Notes under the pieces: model-generated
Databases searched by the model: none
Seen by the model: the letters and a program-made list of their open reading frames with translations, nothing else
What the model was told of the DNA's origin: nothing
Position numbers and translations under genes: made by a program
In this document: positions 59,101 to 64,000 of the stretch, in pieces
Position numbering within the stretch: the stretch's first letter is position 1
Layout: the number at the start of each line of letters is the position of its first letter
Origin: a virus
IMG/VR virus record: IMGVR_UViG_3300032092_000021
Coordinates: 11,392-75,391 of that record
Direction: 5' to 3' (one strand)
DNA: 64,000 nucleotides

Positions 59101-62100
59101 TTAGTAAATAGTATCCAAACAACTACCCCAAATGCTTTAGGAGAACCTAAGCTGGAGGATTCTACATTTGTTTGGAACCTATTGACTCGTTTAGGTAAGG
59201 GTGTAAAGAATGCTGATGAGTATTACGAAAAGCTCCAAAACTTTTTAGCCGTTACAGATACCCGCACTAGAAACCACAACGTAGTAAAGCAGATTGTAAG
59301 TAAGCTTGGTAACCCTAAGATTACTATGACTGATGGTAAGTTTGAAGATTACATACCACAACAGAATCTGTGGACAAATCTGATAAACATCTTTACTCTA
59401 CCTAGAATCAAACTGGTCCAGCTTAACCTATCTACGTCTGTTGATGAGAATGGTGAGAGACAAGTTAGAATTCTTCCCGGTGTATCTAAGTCAGAAACAG
59501 ATCCGATTAAGAGAGCATATGATAACACATTTGCTAAAAAGAGATCTAAGTATATAAATAGATACAAGGGTCAAGGTTTAGGTATGAGGGATTCCAAGAC
59601 CGGTTACTACCTTAATCTAGTAAAGGTTATTGAAGACTTTCCTGTTGTTAATGATGCTGCTGCTAAGATTAAGTTCTTAAAAGCTATAGGTATAGATATT
59701 ACCGCAAACGATGCAATGGTTAAAAACTTTGCAGCTAGACCTAAGAATCTAGGTGCTTTTGCAACGTTGATGCATCAGAAAATAAAGAACATCTTAGAGC
59801 TAAACTATAGTCTTAAAAATCAGAATGCGCCGCAGATCTACATAACAACACCATCACAACTGGTTGAGTTAAATGTTCCCGGTACTGATCACATAAGAAA
59901 TCAGTCTACTCTTTATAGAAGTTTGCTCGAGACAGAACTAGAAACATCTGGTAAGTATACTGTAGGTATGGTCTCTAATGCTAACGGAGATCCGCAGTAC
60001 GAGATATCTTTAAAGAGCACTATTAGTGAAAAGATTGCAATGTTCAACGGAGCAAAGAGTTACGCTGAGCTTATTGCTATTCCTGAGATGTCTTACATGG
60101 ATGTTCGTAGAAATCCTTTTATAAAAAGTCTGCGGATAATGACCGAGACATTCGGTGAGGATTTTTGGAAACCTGGAAAAGGTGCTAGACAATCAAAGTC
60201 TCTATCAGTATCCGGAATAGAAAGATCTAATAGCATAGAGCTTTTAAATTCTGCAGGTGTTGCTGTAATAGAAAACGACATAAATCAGTTTGGTGTATCG
60301 TCCTATCAAGCAGATGACACTACCCAGATTCTTCAGAGCCTGTTTACTTACATGTTGTATGGTGTATCTGAAGCAACTCGTCACTCAGATAAATCAACAA
60401 CGCTGTATTACAGAACCCCTGTAAAAGGACAGTATGTAAGCTTTAATTCTTTCTTTGAGGATAAAGCTATACGTAATACAAAGATTGTCAAGTTGATGGC
60501 TGGTTACCTCTACGCTGAGGTTTCTAGAATGGTAAGACTTGCTAATGACGATGCAGCAGCAAATGTTACCGTTGGAGATAGCACGTATAAAGAAGTAGCA
60601 TCTACTATTAAAAACTTTGAGGGTATCTTAGGAGAAGAAACCAGAAAGTCTATTGAGAAGTGGGTTAACGACTATAAGGTTCTTGAAGGTAATACAGACA
60701 ACATAGAAGAAGACTTTAGACTGCAGTGGATGAGTAAGAACTACTCTACAGTGTATGGTGAAGTTGTAAATTACTTTGAGTCACAGATTGCAGAAGCTAT
60801 TTCTGATATCACAAGCACCGGTATTCTAAATAAGAACAACCCGGCGTCTGTACAGATATGGGAAAATATTAAAAACAGTGTAGGAGCATCTCAACAAGCT
60901 GATCCTAACTTTGATGATAATATCATTGCAGCTTATGTAGTTAACTCTTGGATGCACTCTTATGAAGCTACCATCATGTTTTATGGTGACCCAGCTTTGT
61001 ATAACCATCTAAAAGAAGACTTCCATAAGAGAAATCCGTTTATTGCTGCGACAGGTACCCTACCTAGAACTGATGCGTCATTCATAGACTTTGTTTCTTT
61101 CTATAAGAGAGAAGACAGATATGCATCTTCAAAATACTTTACAGGTACTCTTAGTGACAGAGCTAAGAATAAAACCTGGGGTAGAACTATGGATTCTGCA
61201 GTTCTAGAAGACACTGCATATAATTCTGCAAACTATTCCGCATATGTAGAGATTGCAGTAGAGAAAGAAAGAGCTAGACTTAAGAAACTAAATAAGGAAC
61301 TTACAGCAGAACAAGAAGCTGATATCCGTAAGGAGTTTAAAGAGTATGCTGGTTCTAAAATTGGTGACGGTCAAGGTTGGATTGGTTTTGATAGCTACAG
61401 AGATCTGATGCTATCAATGAGAAAGTGGAGCCCTTCACAAGAGAAACTGTACTGGGATATTATTAAAGGTAAAGACATTAGTGCTTTACAAGTAGTTCAG
61501 TTCTTCCCTGTTTTGAAAATGCAGTATGGTGGTGAGCTTGCTACAACTAAAGGTTTGCCCGTACAAGGATACCATAAGTTCTCTTTGATGCCTATGATAC
61601 CAAACGTTATCGCAGGATCAAAACTTGAGATTCTTCATAACAAGATGACAGAACAGGGTATTGATTACGCTTTGTTCCAGAGCGGTTCAAAGATTAATAC
61701 CATTACTAAAAACGGTACTGCAGATAAATTCTATGTAGATAAAGAGAATCTAGGTGATGTAGCTTTTGCTGATCCCGATTACCAGTTTACACTTAATACT
61801 ATCTATACAAACTTCTTTAAGCTTCAGGTTGAAACACCAGATAGTTACAAGGGTAAAGTCGTATTCTCTACACAGCTTCGTAAAATAATTGAAGAAGGTT
61901 TATATGAAGAAGGTCGCCCTAGAAGTTTTGATGGCACTAAAGAACAGTTTGAGGCTTTACCTGAGACTGAAAAGACTAAGTATAAAGAGTATGCTAAACT
62001 TACTAACTATGAGAGATTAGTCAGCACTCTTACTGAAATGAAGTATAAAGAACTTCAGAAAGATGCTGGTCTTACTTTCGAGGATGGTAAGTTTGTATTG

Positions 62101-64000
62101 TCAGAAAAACTGATAACCTATCTGAATAAGCAGCTTACCGTACAAGACGTAGCTGAACACGAGATAGACTTTATCAAGTATGATACAAGAGCTAAAAGAC
62201 TTGTGTTCGATTTGAGTATTCACCCTTCTGCAGCTATGTTGGATAAACTGCTTTCTGCACTTATCTACAAGAAGATTATCAATCAGAAGGTTAAGGGTGA
62301 GGCACTTATCCAGGTATCTGGTGCAGGTTTTGAACCAGCGGGAATAAGAAAAGCTACAGATGAGGAAAATAAACTTTATGGTAACGGTACCCTTCCTTTC
62401 TATAAATATGATAGGAATGGAACCAAAGCTATGAAAGTAAAGGTTGCTCTGCAGGGTGACTTCAAAAAACTATTGGAACATGAGCATAGAGACGGTAATA
62501 AGATTGAAACCTTAGAACGTCTTAATCAAATGCTGAAGGATGAGAAGTGGTTGAGTACAGGTAATAACCGTAAGATGGTTACTATAGCTGGTGTTCGTAT
62601 TCCTGTGCAAGGTCTCAACTCTGTAGAATTTATGGAGGTGCTTGAGTTCTTACCAGAGAATGCTGGTAATATGATTATCCTTCCTGCAGATATTGTAGCT
62701 AAGTCGGGATCAGACTTTGACATTGATAAATTGTCTTTGATGTTCCCTAACCTAAAAGTAATAGGTAAGAGCGTAAAGCTTTTGACTCATGATCCTAGTG
62801 CCGTAAAAAGAATAGACGGTAACAAAAAACTTCTAAAAGATCTTTACGAGCACCTAGATACTTTATTCGAAAAGGTTAAAGCTTTTGATTTAGATACAAA
62901 ACAAGAGGATCTATACAAAGTAATCTTAGAATATAAAGCTAAAAAAGAAGATCTTAAAGATCAGATTTGGGGAGACTTTGCTAACGTAACTGCAGATAAT
63001 TTAGAATCTCTGCACGAAGAGTTACATGATATTAAGTTTATTCTGAGTAACCTTTATAACAAGTCTAAAAATCTTTCTGCTCAGGTTCAGAAAATCTTTA
63101 ATGAAGAGATCAATCCAACATTTGCTGAGATCGATACTGTGATTGAAGATATTGCATCTGCATCATCTAAAGCAGTAGAGAATGATTTGATGTTTGCTAT
63201 TGTAGATATTGCATCTATGGAGGAAAACTTTGTAGACTTCATTACACCGAACAGCACATCTGTACTTAAACCTTATTCAGAAAACCTGAGCAAGTATTCT
63301 AAGTACGACAGATATAAAAACGGTAACGGTGAAACTTTCTATGACAGTAAAGGCAAGAAGAGAATAACCGCTACTAAGATATTTGAGTTAGGTTTTAACC
63401 GATACAAGTTAGGTTCTAACAATATCGGTATGCGAAGCTTGGGTATAGCTGCAGTTACCAATACTTATAACACAGTACTCAGCAGAGTAGGTGCTTATAT
63501 GGAAAAAGTTGTAACTCTAGGTGCTAAGAAAGGTAAACCTGAGTCTGGTTATCCTATTATACAGACATTCAGAGGCGGTATAGATTTTAATAAAACTATG
63601 CAGGATGAGATATCCTTGTCAGGTTTGTATGGCGCTGATGGCGTACACAGAATTTCTAAGTTGATATCTCAAGTTATAAACGGTACTGTAGACGTAGCTA
63701 AAGACTCATGGATCTTTGATATCCAGGGTAACCAGGAAATAGTACCGATACTTCTGTTTATGTTCCAAGCTGGTGTTCCACCTAAGCAAGCTGTGTATTT
63801 CTTGTCACAACCTATTATCAAGGAGTATGTAGAGAAGCAAAGAAATATTAAGAGTGCTTTTGCTAAACCTCTTGGTGTAGAAGCAGCTGGTACTAATATG
63901 TTTAGAGTACAAGCTAGAAGAGAGATTCTATCTAATAGCCCTGCATTAAATAATCATCTAAGAGAACAGGAGATTGATCCTGATGCTTTCAAAGCTGAGC
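56098..64000 (+). CDS. giant virion-packaged RNA polymerase (crAss-like / phi14:2 gp66 type) with N-terminal zincin domain; 3'-truncated by the window
   Basis: ATG overlaps the previous stop (ATGA). The frame is inferred open to the window end (>2630 codons) because the ORF track lists no + strand ORF here. Motifs: HEAFH at 58138-58152 plus EEFLAE, GDGQGW at about 61363-61380, RIPVQGLNS at 62596-62622, catalytic GSDFDIDK at 62707-62730. Confidence 0.92.
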   Translation, partial: MRICNITSNQQEILLKIIAKRLIDLDAKKQPFVLKDYMTSLYKYLDTKVGDKDMLIGYTAFSPTLLYQLVTQKQYESILGPSAAEIFDLKKTFASSPSKVFEYFGLNLSPQQYITQQLRDNEIIKQQEALEEARMKELTALSLVYRFSARPDTLNSTTLGNDPDATTPGNAFVVSVLNDYISRYGDSGIDEISDRYALVLVNAKDYLRPQDTVDDSLRTGPILMISDPKGNILYFNQEKLLGEGVIEEVSANQGSPIVFRQRRNLDKIQSPEEIAKSAGITTVEAKAIIDSQLEEVNKKIYHVLSNKDAKILHRIKWGSTGNLIKNDSNRKPLKNSKLDPDVFRILPVLSEDKKKPTIHLQSSHFDEIIPIRGNYINNPNTPDINIDPGLREAILQVLLGNNITVEGARLEGNNPSAIAFRSRFVNTYLGNNYNIIIKEDTGELYITKVIDGKKTTFKITRYNPSTKQFEFIGAAYNNNSLLSDISTFTINGKEAFQSLNILVDTENTKPVGYTRGSSGAVNLKELTNREYKTLLINNGNTTVQYNDETGEYERMHPYFKFAVDAEDVTKFSDQEVTTVLDVEAPSIEMIYGEDLEDDQIEDIQFPDIDSFDKLLGQKVAQATPEQIKAAYDWWKNHPMSSKIPFKAVFEIFNPNNGRSIATFNKYGITLYKGSDYSDLYHEAFHAFTQIFLTDNQRQDLYKSVRSLKGSTTDYLGNKVPFADMDKTQAEEFLAEKFREYMLSGGKKFGDNTPTKAKSIFKLMFDILKDIFGFANMDIEDTLDNYQANALINEYFFNLRKGNFSDINADLSEAEEFNKLRAVSEDQQEKVDKLSYSDLKLLVDTMNSMMSTIINNKDTTGTDLRYSSIVTDVNKRVELYNEVLVRLVEKAKSIGEQIEAITDKTDINRKKLIKLYNILAIGINNYSPSLKENNKVTVSDVLNGANAESTGLIAYHIAKSKDFLVIDDTYNAEDASSTGKEYVKNSGNEMSAKDLASADIHFLVNSIQTTTPNALGEPKLEDSTFVWNLLTRLGKGVKNADEYYEKLQNFLAVTDTRTRNHNVVKQIVSKLGNPKITMTDGKFEDYIPQQNLWTNLINIFTLPRIKLVQLNLSTSVDENGERQVRILPGVSKSETDPIKRAYDNTFAKKRSKYINRYKGQGLGMRDSKTGYYLNLVKVIEDFPVVNDAAAKIKFLKAIGIDITANDAMVKNFAARPKNLGAFATLMHQKIKNILELNYSLKNQNAPQIYITTPSQLVELNVPGTDHIRNQSTLYRSLLETELETSGKYTVGMVSNANGDPQYEISLKSTISEKIAMFNGAKSYAELIAIPEMSYMDVRRNPFIKSLRIMTETFGEDFWKPGKGARQSKSLSVSGIERSNSIELLNSAGVAVIENDINQFGVSSYQADDTTQILQSLFTYMLYGVSEATRHSDKSTTLYYRTPVKGQYVSFNSFFEDKAIRNTKIVKLMAGYLYAEVSRMVRLANDDAAANVTVGDSTYKEVASTIKNFEGILGEETRKSIEKWVNDYKVLEGNTDNIEEDFRLQWMSKNYSTVYGEVVNYFESQIAEAISDITSTGILNKNNPASVQIWENIKNSVGASQQADPNFDDNIIAAYVVNSWMHSYEATIMFYGDPALYNHLKEDFHKRNPFIAATGTLPRTDASFIDFVSFYKREDRYASSKYFTGTLSDRAKNKTWGRTMDSAVLEDTAYNSANYSAYVEIAVEKERARLKKLNKELTAEQEADIRKEFKEYAGSKIGDGQGWIGFDSYRDLMLSMRKWSPSQEKLYWDIIKGKDISALQVVQFFPVLKMQYGGELATTKGLPVQGYHKFSLMPMIPNVIAGSKLEILHNKMTEQGIDYALFQSGSKINTITKNGTADKFYVDKENLGDVAFADPDYQFTLNTIYTNFFKLQVETPDSYKGKVVFSTQLRKIIEEGLYEEGRPRSFDGTKEQFEALPETEKTKYKEYAKLTNYERLVSTLTEMKYKELQKDAGLTFEDGKFVLSEKLITYLNKQLTVQDVAEHEIDFIKYDTRAKRLVFDLSIHPSAAMLDKLLSALIYKKIINQKVKGEALIQVSGAGFEPAGIRKATDEENKLYGNGTLPFYKYDRNGTKAMKVKVALQGDFKKLLEHEHRDGNKIETLERLNQMLKDEKWLSTGNNRKMVTIAGVRIPVQGLNSVEFMEVLEFLPENAGNMIILPADIVAKSGSDFDIDKLSLMFPNLKVIGKSVKLLTHDPSAVKRIDGNKKLLKDLYEHLDTLFEKVKAFDLDTKQEDLYKVILEYKAKKEDLKDQIWGDFANVTADNLESLHEELHDIKFILSNLYNKSKNLSAQVQKIFNEEINPTFAEIDTVIEDIASASSKAVENDLMFAIVDIASMEENFVDFITPNSTSVLKPYSENLSKYSKYDRYKNGNGETFYDSKGKKRITATKIFELGFNRYKLGSNNIGMRSLGIAAVTNTYNTVLSRVGAYMEKVVTLGAKKGKPESGYPIIQTFRGGIDFNKTMQDEISLSGLYGADGVHRISKLISQVINGTVDVAKDSWIFDIQGNQEIVPILLFMFQAGVPPKQAVYFLSQPIIKEYVEKQRNIKSAFAKPLGVEAAGTNMFRVQARREILSNSPALNNHLREQEIDPDAFKAE

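Noticed and set aside
1-64000. Stop-codon reassignment (TAG/TGA), known in some crAss-like phages
   Set aside because: Genes are full length in the standard code; TAG ends the portal (7590) and gene 20180 (21814), and TGA ends several genes at natural boundaries.
1-64000. tRNA/rRNA genes, integrase or transposase
   Set aside because: Intergenic gaps are short (about 120 nt or less) with no cloverleaf seen by eye; no recombinase or transposase motifs.

Overview
The window is 64 kb of a lytic, podovirus-type phage of the crAss-like (Crassvirales / Cellulophaga phi14:2-related) group, probably infecting a Bacteroidota host. Host evidence: A-rich leaders without Shine-Dalgarno sequences, TAnnTTTG boxes and Bacteroidota-type surface domains. 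All credible genes are on the + strand and are tightly coupled by TAATG/ATGA overlaps in the standard genetic code. Gene order: PD-(D/E)XK nuclease, small genes, PhoH, large terminase, portal, scaffold-like protein, major capsid protein, a cluster of 9 tiny mostly Lys-rich proteins, a ring protein, a ferritin-like protein and an auxiliary capsid-like protein. Next is a ~13 kb block of very Cys-rich appendage proteins (vWA, FN3, FISUMP and 10 Ig-like repeats), then IHF-like, tail ring and tail muzzle genes, and five large putative ejected/cargo proteins. The last gene is a giant virion RNA polymerase (GSDFDIDK) that starts at 56098, runs off the window end and is missing from the supplied ORF track. 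Three observations stand out. (1) Cargo proteins are built from variable modules separated by a recurring xxGG-[WL]DKYQ linker that copies each protein's own N-terminus and is partly conserved at DNA level; the GG tag also occurs in the tiny basic proteins. (2) An intergenic hairpin has a loop that is the exact antisense of the translation-initiation region of head-assembly genes. (3) The appendage module is Cys-pair-rich and built from host-like adhesin domains. Family assignments come from motif recognition and synteny only; no database searches were run.
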